Both the position numbers and the translations under genes were made by a program. The notes beneath the pieces are model-generated. The model was not told the origin of the DNA. It searched no databases and was given only the letters and a program-made list of their open reading frames with translations. A stretch of 35,439 nt of DNA, taken from positions 1-35,439 of IMG/VR virus record IMGVR_UViG_3300027806_000094. One strand, given 5' to 3'. The stretch comes from a virus. Taxonomy: Duplodnaviria > Caudoviricetes. Below, in pieces: positions 14,131 to 22,188 of this stretch (within the stretch, counting starts at the first letter, position 1; every line of letters starts with the position of its first letter).

Positions 14131-16698
14131 GTGGCAAAGAAAGCTTGGGCATTTCCGACAGAATCATTCGAGCAGGAGCGTAAGCGAAAAAAGAAGTCGC
14201 ACGCCAAAGGGTTCGCTGCTTGGATGGGGATTGTCAAAGGCGGTCCCGGCTCGGGCAATCATGGACATTGCGGTGGAGAAGGCGGAGATAATAATCCGGG
14301 CGGGAGCAAGCCGGCTAGCGAGTGCGGTGGCGAGCAGAGTGCTGAAGAAAGAGGTGGCGAGAAGTTCGAGGCGGTTGGAGGAACAAGTAATCACGAGTAC
14401 GCAAAACTCGGCCCGGACGAAGAGTACAAGGAAGCACTGAGCAAGAACAAGCAAGACAAGTTCGGTTCCCATCGAAGCCTCGAGCCCGGAACGCCGGTTG
14501 CACTGCGGATTGATATTCCCGCATACAACAGCACTGGGAAGTACGTCGTGACGGTGCACAAGTACACCGGAGGGAAAAGTGTCGGCACTCCAATTGGATA
14601 TGACTCGATTGTGAGATTGTCCGGAGAGGTTGTGTTTGCCTCCAACGAAAAAGGTGCGGAGACAATCCTGACAGGAGAGAGCAATAAGTATCCGCTTGCC
14701 ACGGTGAAAGGGAAGTTCGAGACCTCTCGTGAGTTGCCTGAAGACTTCGAGGACTGGACCCCGGTTGGCTACAACCCGAAGACCGCGGCTTACTTTTACG
14801 ACAAGCGAACTGGCGACGAGATAACCGGCGGAGAGGATGCAATCTCTGTTGGTAACACGGTTTTTATTCGAGTCCCGGATATCGGGGAGCGAAACGCGAA
14901 GCGACGTTACAAGGCCTTTTCTAGATGGATGGGGCTTACGAAAGGCGGGCCCGGCTCGGGAAATTACGGCCACTGTGGCGGTACTGGAGGGAAAGACAAC
15001 CCCGGCGGAAGTCGCCCAGCGGGCGAGTGCGGCCTGAGCGGGCAGACAGAGCCAATGGAGGTCCCGGAGTTTGCCGAGAGCTCGCGGGACTTGAAAAAGC
15101 TCGGGGAGGATGAAGAGTGGGATGATGTATCTGGAACTAGAAGGGTCACTGTATTTCATTTCAGCCGAGAGGACAGGTCCCAGACGGGATTGAAGCGGGG
15201 TTTTGCCGGAACGGCCGCTGCAGGCGAAGAGCGGGCCTCTATGGAGTACGAGAACGGCCGGCTGAAAACAGAGAGTGCGGTGATTCACGCTTACCTGTAC
15301 GGGGCGAAGAGAGAGAAGGTTGTCCCGGGCAAGGTGATGCACAAAATTGAAGCGACGATGTCGGTGCTGGATGTCGGCAGCGATATCTACCAAGGCATTC
15401 TCGACGAGGCACAGAAAGAGGCTTACGCGACCGGACGGCCGAAGCTGGCTATCGCACGCGAGCAAGCGAGGATTCGAGGGTACGATGCCCTCGTCTCGCA
15501 GCGTCACGGGATTATGCAGATTCTCCGCGATATCTCCCCAAAAGAGATAACAGTGATGACTCGCGAAGGTGAAATCGGATACGAAATCAAAGCTTCCGAC
15601 GACTACATTCAAAAAAACGAGCAGGAGCAAAAGAGATATCACGACAGTGCCATAAGCTACTTTAGTAGCGGCCGTGCCGGTGAATTGACGATGGCTTACG
15701 TCAGGGACGCCATGACTCTTGACGGAATCTTGAATCAAATGATTGCGGATGAGCGGGTTAAAATGCCGCTTGCAACTGCAGGTGAGATTCAGGATAGAAT
15801 TCTGCAGAAGCAAAGCCCGGAAGATATCTCGGCAGTGAAAAGTGCTCTTGAATCTCACCTCGAAAAAGTGACAGACAAAGACGCAGCCGAAGAGTACGCG
15901 AGAAAGCTGAAGTACGGAATAGTCTCTGGAAAAACGAAAGAGCAGCTCATTGAAGAAGGGTGGGAGCAGCGAGTTGACTTGCTTAAAAAATCAAAACTTG
16001 CTATTCGAGTTCCTGTTTCCGTCGTGAACAAAGTGTTTGACGACCAAAGAATGAAGAGCCAGTTTGAAACTGGTTCTTCGCAGGGTGCTCTAAATGACAA
16101 AATGCGGAGAGATTTTGAGAAGGGGTCGATGGGTGTTCCTTGGAAAATAGAGGACAGCAAAAGGCCAATTTACGGATACGTTAGCGACGAGCATGGATTG
16201 CACGATAACAGCTCGCTAAGACACTACGGGCACGTTGCTTTCATTCTGAAGGAAGGATTGAAAGACCGAACTACCGTTACATTTGGAGACTCGCTCGACC
16301 ATCGACTTCCGGCGAGTATGTACAGGGACCCGAAGCAATACTCTGTTGCCCCTGCTGAGTTCGGCGAGGTGACGCTGAAAACAAGCTTGTACACTGAAGC
16401 TCAAATTCACGGCGGAGTCAGCATGAACGACGTTGAGGATATAATCGTCAGCGAGCAAGTGTTGGTGGATGCAAGAAAAGACCGGTTTGATTCGTTTGCC
16501 GAGCTCATTGAAAACGCATCGTTCTACTCAATCGATGTGAAGGTTGCCGTCAATAAATCAGGGCGGATAAAGAAAACAAGCGTCGCTGAGTATTTGAATT
16601 CAGTGAAGGATATTTACATCGCTTCGTCTTCTGAGCCGGAAGGCACAAGGCGGGCGATTGAAGAGGTAATCAAGTTGTCAAGTAAAAATAGAGGGTAA
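14131..16698 (+). CDS. multi-module cargo protein with two tags and a C-terminal DUF3626-like domain
   Basis: SQFETGSSQG, RPIYG, YG, TFGDS and YTEAQIHG motifs. Start is GTG 14131 or 14095 (same frame). Confidence 0.75.
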   Translation: MAKKAWAFPTESFEQERKRKKKSHAKGFAAWMGIVKGGPGSGNHGHCGGEGGDNNPGGSKPASECGGEQSAEERGGEKFEAVGGTSNHEYAKLGPDEEYKEALSKNKQDKFGSHRSLEPGTPVALRIDIPAYNSTGKYVVTVHKYTGGKSVGTPIGYDSIVRLSGEVVFASNEKGAETILTGESNKYPLATVKGKFETSRELPEDFEDWTPVGYNPKTAAYFYDKRTGDEITGGEDAISVGNTVFIRVPDIGERNAKRRYKAFSRWMGLTKGGPGSGNYGHCGGTGGKDNPGGSRPAGECGLSGQTEPMEVPEFAESSRDLKKLGEDEEWDDVSGTRRVTVFHFSREDRSQTGLKRGFAGTAAAGEERASMEYENGRLKTESAVIHAYLYGAKREKVVPGKVMHKIEATMSVLDVGSDIYQGILDEAQKEAYATGRPKLAIAREQARIRGYDALVSQRHGIMQILRDISPKEITVMTREGEIGYEIKASDDYIQKNEQEQKRYHDSAISYFSSGRAGELTMAYVRDAMTLDGILNQMIADERVKMPLATAGEIQDRILQKQSPEDISAVKSALESHLEKVTDKDAAEEYARKLKYGIVSGKTKEQLIEEGWEQRVDLLKKSKLAIRVPVSVVNKVFDDQRMKSQFETGSSQGALNDKMRRDFEKGSMGVPWKIEDSKRPIYGYVSDEHGLHDNSSLRHYGHVAFILKEGLKDRTTVTFGDSLDHRLPASMYRDPKQYSVAPAEFGEVTLKTSLYTEAQIHGGVSMNDVEDIIVSEQVLVDARKDRFDSFAELIENASFYSIDVKVAVNKSGRIKKTSVAEYLNSVKDIYIASSSEPEGTRRAIEEVIKLSSKNRG
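14236..14328 (+). repeat. 31-codon tag, copy 4
   Basis: KGGPGSGNHGHCGGEGGDNNPGGSKPASECG. Confidence 0.95.
14941..15033 (+). repeat. 31-codon tag, copy 5
   Basis: KGGPGSGNYGHCGGTGGKDNPGGSRPAGECG. Confidence 0.95.
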
Positions 16699-16703
16699 AT
16701 TGT

Positions 16704-16913
16704 ATGCTGATTGCTACTCGAGGGAATGACAAACTGTTTCTTGAGCACGAGAGCGAGGGGAAGCGAGTTGGGCGGATTGAGCTCGAAGACGGCGTTGTCG
16801 TAAATAATGTAAACGTAGACTCTGTTCTTGCCCGCGGATACTGGGAGGAGGCTCCGAATCCACGGTCGGTCAAGTCACTAAATATCCAGCGACGTCCGGC
16901 GAGTGAAAAGTGA
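16704..16913 (+). CDS. small protein, candidate immunity protein for the DUF3626-like module
   Basis: 69 aa, starts 5 nt after the cargo gene, contains VDSVLARGYWE. Confidence 0.55.
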   Translation: MLIATRGNDKLFLEHESEGKRVGRIELEDGVVVNNVNVDSVLARGYWEEAPNPRSVKSLNIQRRPASEK

Positions 16914-17497
16914 ATCCACAAAATCGGCCGGAATACGAAAAGCAGATGCTCGCAAAAGTAAGCTCGATTGCCGAGCGTTGCTGTTGTGCAGAAAGAGATG
17001 AGCAGAAGATTGACTGTTTCGAGCTGATGGACCTCGAGGACTTAATGCTCGAGATTGCCGAAGCCGCCTACGAGGCATTGCTGGTTCAGTTGGATATTCG
17101 CACTATCCCGCGAATGCCTATTTCTGAGGTTGACGACTTTCTGCGGCAGATTGCTTTAAGAATGATTGAGCTGTCGACCGAAAATAAACTGGACGAGGCT
17201 TGGGCGAACACGGCCGCGGTTACGATTGTGACCCGGCTCTGGACTATCGGCGAGGGGCTGGCTGTCCGGCACGCCAAAACTCGGGTCACTCAGTACAAGT
17301 CACTGCCAATGGGCCTGCTTTACCTATACGCGGAAGCTTCAAAGCGGCGTAAAATCGTGAGCGTGTGGACAACGGAGGCCGGGCCGTGCGAGCTCTGTGC
17401 GGCTCTCAGTGGCTCATTGATTGATGACATTATTAACAACGGCCCTCCAGCCCACCCGCGGTGTCGATGTCACTTAGAGCATACGGTGATTGAGTGA
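16910..17497 (+). CDS. MuF / SPP1 gp7-like minor head protein
   Basis: C-terminal W...CELC..L.G...PPAHPRCRC signature, located between portal and protease. Confidence 0.8.
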   Translation: MNPQNRPEYEKQMLAKVSSIAERCCCAERDEQKIDCFELMDLEDLMLEIAEAAYEALLVQLDIRTIPRMPISEVDDFLRQIALRMIELSTENKLDEAWANTAAVTIVTRLWTIGEGLAVRHAKTRVTQYKSLPMGLLYLYAEASKRRKIVSVWTTEAGPCELCAALSGSLIDDIINNGPPAHPRCRCHLEHTVIE

Positions 17498-17658
17498 AAC
17501 CAAAGAAACGCAAGTACAAGCCACGCTGGAATACCAAGACAGTCAAATGCACTGAATGCGGCGGGGAGTGTAAAGCCGGCAGCAGCAGGCCGGCGGTTGT
17601 GTACTACTACTGCAAAGAATGCGGAAGCTCACAAAAGATACCAAGAGGGACGAAATGA
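17494..17658 (+). CDS. 54-aa basic zinc-ribbon protein (below the ORF-track cutoff)
   Basis: GTG overlaps the MuF stop. Translation MKPKKRKYKPRWNTKTVKCTECGGECKAGSSRPAVVYYYCKECGSSQKIPRGTK has two CxxC motifs. Confidence 0.65.
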   Translation: MKPKKRKYKPRWNTKTVKCTECGGECKAGSSRPAVVYYYCKECGSSQKIPRGTK

Positions 17659-17721
17659 ATTACCAAGTAGAATCAGTGCTGAGAGCCCACGACCACTTCG
17701 AACGCTTGTGGGGAGAAATCG

Positions 17722-18063
17722 ATGATAAAAATCAAGTGTTCTCCCGGGATGCAGTGGGCCGTGCTCCGGGCAATGGAAATTATCGACACCGAGCCCAACT
17801 CGCTAGAAATGAGTCCGGAGGAGACCGGGGAGCTGGCCCGGATAATGCTGGACGCTAACTTTTTCTGCACGTCCGGATACGTCACGATTCGGAATATGAG
17901 CTCCGACCGATACAAGCTTCTGGCAAAACTGTTCGACGTACTCTCAGTGAAAGCGTCTTCGCTCTTCAAGTCCGACCTGATGCAGAAAAAGATGAGAGCG
18001 AGTGCAACCGCTTGTCGGCGGAAGTTCCACGAAATGTACGTCAAGAAATACATGACGGAGTGA
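17722..18063 (+). CDS. hypothetical protein
   Basis: GGGGAG RBS, operon orientation. Confidence 0.55.
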   Translation: MIKIKCSPGMQWAVLRAMEIIDTEPNSLEMSPEETGELARIMLDANFFCTSGYVTIRNMSSDRYKLLAKLFDVLSVKASSLFKSDLMQKKMRASATACRRKFHEMYVKKYMTE

Positions 18064-18066
18064 GCT

Positions 18067-18363
18067 GTGATGGACTTGGATGGGAAGATAGTTTGGCCCG
18101 ACAAACTTGAGATTCATACGACCACGAAGATTCTCGGCTCTCGTCAAATGCGAGAGGCGGTGGCGTATATCAAATCCGCAAAGCACCCTGTCGTCATCAT
18201 GCAGCTCAACAGCGATGACTCGGTGAAGCAATACTACTACAACGGGGCTTGGGTGCAGCCGAAGACTCGCCTTTGCTATTTCGACGCGGTGAGCGCCATA
18301 ATCAGGCACAAGAATCTTTCGCTGGTAATCCCCGAATTCTTTACATTCATTGTAAAGCAATGA
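18067..18363 (+). CDS. hypothetical protein
   Basis: Starts 3 nt after the previous gene. No motif recognised. Confidence 0.5.
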   Translation: MMDLDGKIVWPDKLEIHTTTKILGSRQMREAVAYIKSAKHPVVIMQLNSDDSVKQYYYNGAWVQPKTRLCYFDAVSAIIRHKNLSLVIPEFFTFIVKQ

Positions 18364-18410
18364 CGCGGTGGGTGACTGATTCGCCTACATTTAATCGCGG
18401 GAGACCAGCT

Positions 18411-19829
18411 GTGAGCAAAGAAAACAACAACTTATCAATGACTGGCGGAACTATTTCTCTGCCACAGATAGGCTACGTTGTCGACGTTGACTCGAGCAAA
18501 ATGACCGCTTCGGCAATCATTTCGACTCCTGCCGTGGACCGTGTCGGGGACTCAATGGACCCGCTCGGTTGCGACCTTGCCCAGTACCGGCTCAACCCGG
18601 TTGTGTTCTGGAATCATGCCTTCGATGGGTTTACCAAACCGATTGGCATTTCAGAAGACAAGGAAACTGGTAAGCTTGAGATTTACCCCACCAGCGAAAA
18701 CATCAAAGCGACCTGTCACTTCACGAATAAGTTTCTGGAAGCCGAACAGATTTTTGAGCTGGTGAACGAGAAGACCATCCGGGCGACTTCGATTCGGTTT
18801 GACCCTATCGGCTCGCCCAGTCGGGTCAATGGCGTCCAAAGGTTCAACAAGTGGTATCTGCTTGAGTGGTCATGGGTGCCGATTGGGTGCAATCCCGAGG
18901 CGGTCCAAGACGTGATTGCAAAAGGCTATCTCGCCGGCCGCAGAATCTCAGCTGGTATCGCGAAGTCTCTGGAGCTTGTAATCCCTGAACGCAAGCTGCA
19001 GGTTCCGGGTTACAGCACGAAGAGAGACACAAAAATGCGGTTTGCAAAAGCCTGTGACGACAAGATGAAGTGCGACTGTGAAGAGGGCGACGCTCTCGGA
19101 GGTCAAGTGAAAAAGCAAGACGAAGAAATGAAACGACCCGGCGACGCTCCCCCCCCGGGGACCAAGCCCGGTGCCGCACCTCCTGCAGCAGCCGCTCCTC
19201 CGGCCGCTCCCGGGAAAAGCCCTGACGTTGCCGCTGCAGCTCCCGGCCAAAGCCCGGACACAGCCGCTGACCCAGAAGGCGAAATGAAGAACAACGGCGG
19301 AGAAGAGACGCCAAAGCCTTATGGGGCACAGCTGGTCGAAGCCGCTTACAACGCACTCAACGAAGTCCGGGTAAACATCCAAGAGGGTGCAACCACTCTC
19401 GAGAACCCGGAAATCGAGGCTCTTATCGCGACCACGCTCGAAGCATTGTCGACGATGATGGGTAAGGTTGAAGACACGTATGCGAAGGCTTACGTGCAGA
19501 ACCCGAAGTACAACTACACTCCACTTGTATCGAACGGACGCCGGCTTGACTGGCACGAGAAGCTGAAATCGTTTCTCGCCTCTGGGGCACGCAATCGATT
19601 CGCAACGAGTGGAATTGCAGAACGAATCAAGTCAGTTGTCCAGTCCGGAAATATCCGCGGGCGGGAGGCTGAAATTCTGAAGTCCTGTGCACAACAGCTG
19701 CAGAATTTTGTTGAACAGTCTCGCTCCGACGTGAGGACCGAGGGTGACGGTGTCGTGAGTGAACGGCTGGAGACTATCACAAAATCGTCTCAGGCTACGC
19801 TCGACTTTCTGAAGGCGTTCAAACGCTAA
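18411..19829 (+). CDS. HK97-family prohead protease with a C-terminal scaffold-like extension
   Basis: ISTPAVDRVGD, NPVVFWNH, PIG, ATSIRF and LLEWSWVPIGCNPEA motifs, then a Pro/Ala linker and a helical region. Start placed at GTG 18411 after GGGAG. Confidence 0.9.
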   Translation: MSKENNNLSMTGGTISLPQIGYVVDVDSSKMTASAIISTPAVDRVGDSMDPLGCDLAQYRLNPVVFWNHAFDGFTKPIGISEDKETGKLEIYPTSENIKATCHFTNKFLEAEQIFELVNEKTIRATSIRFDPIGSPSRVNGVQRFNKWYLLEWSWVPIGCNPEAVQDVIAKGYLAGRRISAGIAKSLELVIPERKLQVPGYSTKRDTKMRFAKACDDKMKCDCEEGDALGGQVKKQDEEMKRPGDAPPPGTKPGAAPPAAAAPPAAPGKSPDVAAAAPGQSPDTAADPEGEMKNNGGEETPKPYGAQLVEAAYNALNEVRVNIQEGATTLENPEIEALIATTLEALSTMMGKVEDTYAKAYVQNPKYNYTPLVSNGRRLDWHEKLKSFLASGARNRFATSGIAERIKSVVQSGNIRGREAEILKSCAQQLQNFVEQSRSDVRTEGDGVVSERLETITKSSQATLDFLKAFKR

Positions 19830-19847
19830 ATTTTCTACGAGGTTACA

Positions 19848-21131
19848 ATGTCGAACATTGAACAAAAGCTTCAGGCGGTCGAGAAGACTCAAGCCGCCAT
19901 TCTCGAGACCCTCAAGAGTCTCGACCAGCCCAACTACCGAGTTGTCGGTGGTGACGGTGGCGTCGCAGTCTCTTACATCGAAGAGGGTGGGCCTCAGGAC
20001 GTCGTTCGAATCGACAACCTGTGGTCACGCGGCGAGAACACGATGAAGAACTTCCGCAAGAACTCGTACCTCCCCGGGTACAAGGGTGCGAAGGAAGGCG
20101 GCTTCAAGTCTTTCGGCGACTTCCTGTTGACCGGTCTCCGGGACTCGAAGTCTGCAGAGTGGCAAAATCGTCACGCCAGCTGCTACAAGGCAGTTCAAGG
20201 CATGTCGGTTGGCGCAGCTGAAGACGGCGGGTACATGGTGCAGCCCGAATACTCCGACCGGATGTTGGAGCGGGTCTACAACAACAAGATTTTCTCGATG
20301 ACCGACAATTACACTGTCGCCGGCAACAACTTGGTTTTCATGCGGAACGCTGAAACCAGCCGTGCAAACGGAAGCCGCAAGGGCGGTATCCGCGGATACT
20401 GGCTGGGTGAAGGCCAGACCGGCACCAAGTCCGCACCGAAGATGCGACAGGTTCAGCTCCGCCTGAAGAAGCTCTGCATTTTGGTTTACCTGACAGAAGA
20501 GCTCATTTCGGACGGTGGCACTGCTGTCCAGTCATACGTCGAAAAGTGTGCAGCCGAGGAATTCAACTTCCTCATCGGCGATGCAATCTTCAACGGAACT
20601 GGAGTCGGCCAGCCTCTGGGCATCTTGAATTCGGGCTCTTTGGTGAACATCACCAAGGAATCCGGACAGGCCGCAAGTACCATCGTCGCAGCAAACATCG
20701 ACAAGATGTGGGCTCGCCGGTACGCTGCAGCTGACGGATACAGCTGGTTCCACAACCAAGACTGCGGACCTCAACTCGATTCGTTGAGCCAAGCAATCGG
20801 CACCGCTGGTATCGCCCTGTACCGTCCGAGTAACGGGCTTGCTGGCAACGCTCCTCAATTACTGAAGACCGCTCCTCGCGTTGAGACTGAGTTTAACTCT
20901 ACCGTCGGAACCGTTGGCGACATCCTGCTGGCCGACTTGAGTCAAGTTTTGTCTATCACCAAGGGCGGTGTCAGCCAGATGGCCTCGACTCACGTCGAGT
21001 TCCTTACCGACCAGACAGCATTGAAGTTCACCATGCGTCTTGACGCTCGCCCTTGGGACGACACTCCGCTGACCCCTTACAAAGGTTCCAATACTCAGTC
21101 CAGTTTCGTCGCCCTTGAGACCCGCGCCTAA
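19848..21131 (+). CDS. major capsid protein (HK97 fold)
   Basis: Motifs EDGGYMVQPE, WLGEG, TEELISD, IFNGTGVGQPLGILN and FLTDQTALKFTMRLD. N-terminal delta-like domain. Confidence 0.95.
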   Translation: MSNIEQKLQAVEKTQAAILETLKSLDQPNYRVVGGDGGVAVSYIEEGGPQDVVRIDNLWSRGENTMKNFRKNSYLPGYKGAKEGGFKSFGDFLLTGLRDSKSAEWQNRHASCYKAVQGMSVGAAEDGGYMVQPEYSDRMLERVYNNKIFSMTDNYTVAGNNLVFMRNAETSRANGSRKGGIRGYWLGEGQTGTKSAPKMRQVQLRLKKLCILVYLTEELISDGGTAVQSYVEKCAAEEFNFLIGDAIFNGTGVGQPLGILNSGSLVNITKESGQAASTIVAANIDKMWARRYAAADGYSWFHNQDCGPQLDSLSQAIGTAGIALYRPSNGLAGNAPQLLKTAPRVETEFNSTVGTVGDILLADLSQVLSITKGGVSQMASTHVEFLTDQTALKFTMRLDARPWDDTPLTPYKGSNTQSSFVALETRA

Positions 21132-21182
21132 TCAATAGCGGCTCTGGTCTTTTCAAGTTACATTTTTGCTAGAGAGGAAATC

Positions 21183-21728
21183 ATGCTTCCCGGAAGTTTG
21201 TTTGAAAAGGGCTTGGACATCCACCCGCTGGTTTGGCAAGCAGACGCCAACTCAGACGTCACGATGGACTGGGTCTCGCTGAAAAATTATGACCGCGTCT
21301 ACTTGCTTTTCATTAAAGGCGGAACAGAGGACGTGGATGACTTGGGTATTGAAGTAAAGCAGGCAACCGACACAGCTGGAACAGGCGTGAAGGCATTGCC
21401 TGTGAATCGGTGCTGGTACAAGACTGGAACCATGACCGCTCAGGGAACGTGGACTGAAGTCAGCGTCGCCTCTGGAAACGGTGACGACTTTGTTTCGTTT
21501 GGCGCGACGGTTCCGTCTGGTGCAACTCGAGTTGTCCCAGACGTTAATACCAATGCTTTGCATCTACTGATTGAAGTCAGGGCGGAAGACCTTGATGCAA
21601 ATGGCGGATTTACCGCAGTCAGTGCGACCGTCGAAGGCGACAACACGGACAACGCTTTACTGGTGAGCGTTCTCGCGATTCTTGCGGACGGCGCGTATCC
21701 GCGGGCAATTCCGTCTTCGCCCCTTTAA
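21183..21728 (+). CDS. putative capsid decoration/cement protein
   Basis: Beta-rich protein directly after the major capsid gene. Confidence 0.55.
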   Translation: MLPGSLFEKGLDIHPLVWQADANSDVTMDWVSLKNYDRVYLLFIKGGTEDVDDLGIEVKQATDTAGTGVKALPVNRCWYKTGTMTAQGTWTEVSVASGNGDDFVSFGATVPSGATRVVPDVNTNALHLLIEVRAEDLDANGGFTAVSATVEGDNTDNALLVSVLAILADGAYPRAIPSSPL

Positions 21729-21750
21729 TCGTTAACTGATACCACTTCAC

Positions 21751-21790
21751 GCGAGGCAGGGCGAGGCGTTTACGCCCCGTCCTGCTTCGT
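21751..21790 (+). other. long GC-rich intergenic hairpin
   Basis: GCGAGGCAGGGCG-A-GGCGT pairs with ACGCC-C-CGTCCTGCTTCGT. No U tract follows. Confidence 0.6.
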
Positions 21791-21808
21791 TATCATCGCG
21801 AGGAAAAA

Positions 21809-22114
21809 ATGTCCACTGGATATGTTTACAACGTCCGGACAGATTGGAGCAGCGGGAACTTTCGTTTTGTCGAAAACGCGACAGGAAACGCAATTTTCAC
21901 TGTAACCACTGCCGGCCTGACGATTAGCGAAGGCGAGAACATCGCACTCGGAACCACGACCGGTACTCAAATCGGAACTGCCGCGTCTCAGAAGCTTGGC
22001 TTCTACGGCAAGACTCCGGTTGTGCAGCGGGCAAAGGCTAACTACGGAAACTGGGCTGCAACATCTAATGTGGTTCAGGCCTTGGTTGACTTGGGGTTGT
22101 TCGACGTAGCTTAG
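21809..22114 (+). CDS. small virion structural protein
   Basis: Thr/Gly-rich, with a QKLGFYGKTPVVQ motif seen in head-associated proteins. Confidence 0.6.
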   Translation: MSTGYVYNVRTDWSSGNFRFVENATGNAIFTVTTAGLTISEGENIALGTTTGTQIGTAASQKLGFYGKTPVVQRAKANYGNWAATSNVVQALVDLGLFDVA

Positions 22115-22188
22115 TTTTCGTAAATTCCATGAAGTGAAGGGCGGCGAAACGCTGCCGCCCGCTTTGTGGAAAGCTTTCGAGGACGAAA

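Noticed and set aside
6822-15033. Tag repeats as a CRISPR array or as DGR template/variable repeats
   Set aside because: The copies are in frame, kilobases apart and vary mostly at synonymous positions rather than specifically at adenines. No reverse transcriptase or cas operon is present in the window.
14164-15858. 564-aa minus-strand ORF
   Set aside because: It is fully antisense to the motif-bearing cargo gene and has no recognisable motifs, so it is most likely a shadow ORF. The same applies to the other minus-strand ORFs.
17619-17858. 79-aa ORF (or a start at 17655)
   Set aside because: It overlaps 17722-18063, which has a better RBS, and its C-terminal half looks like off-frame translation. 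Not fully excluded.
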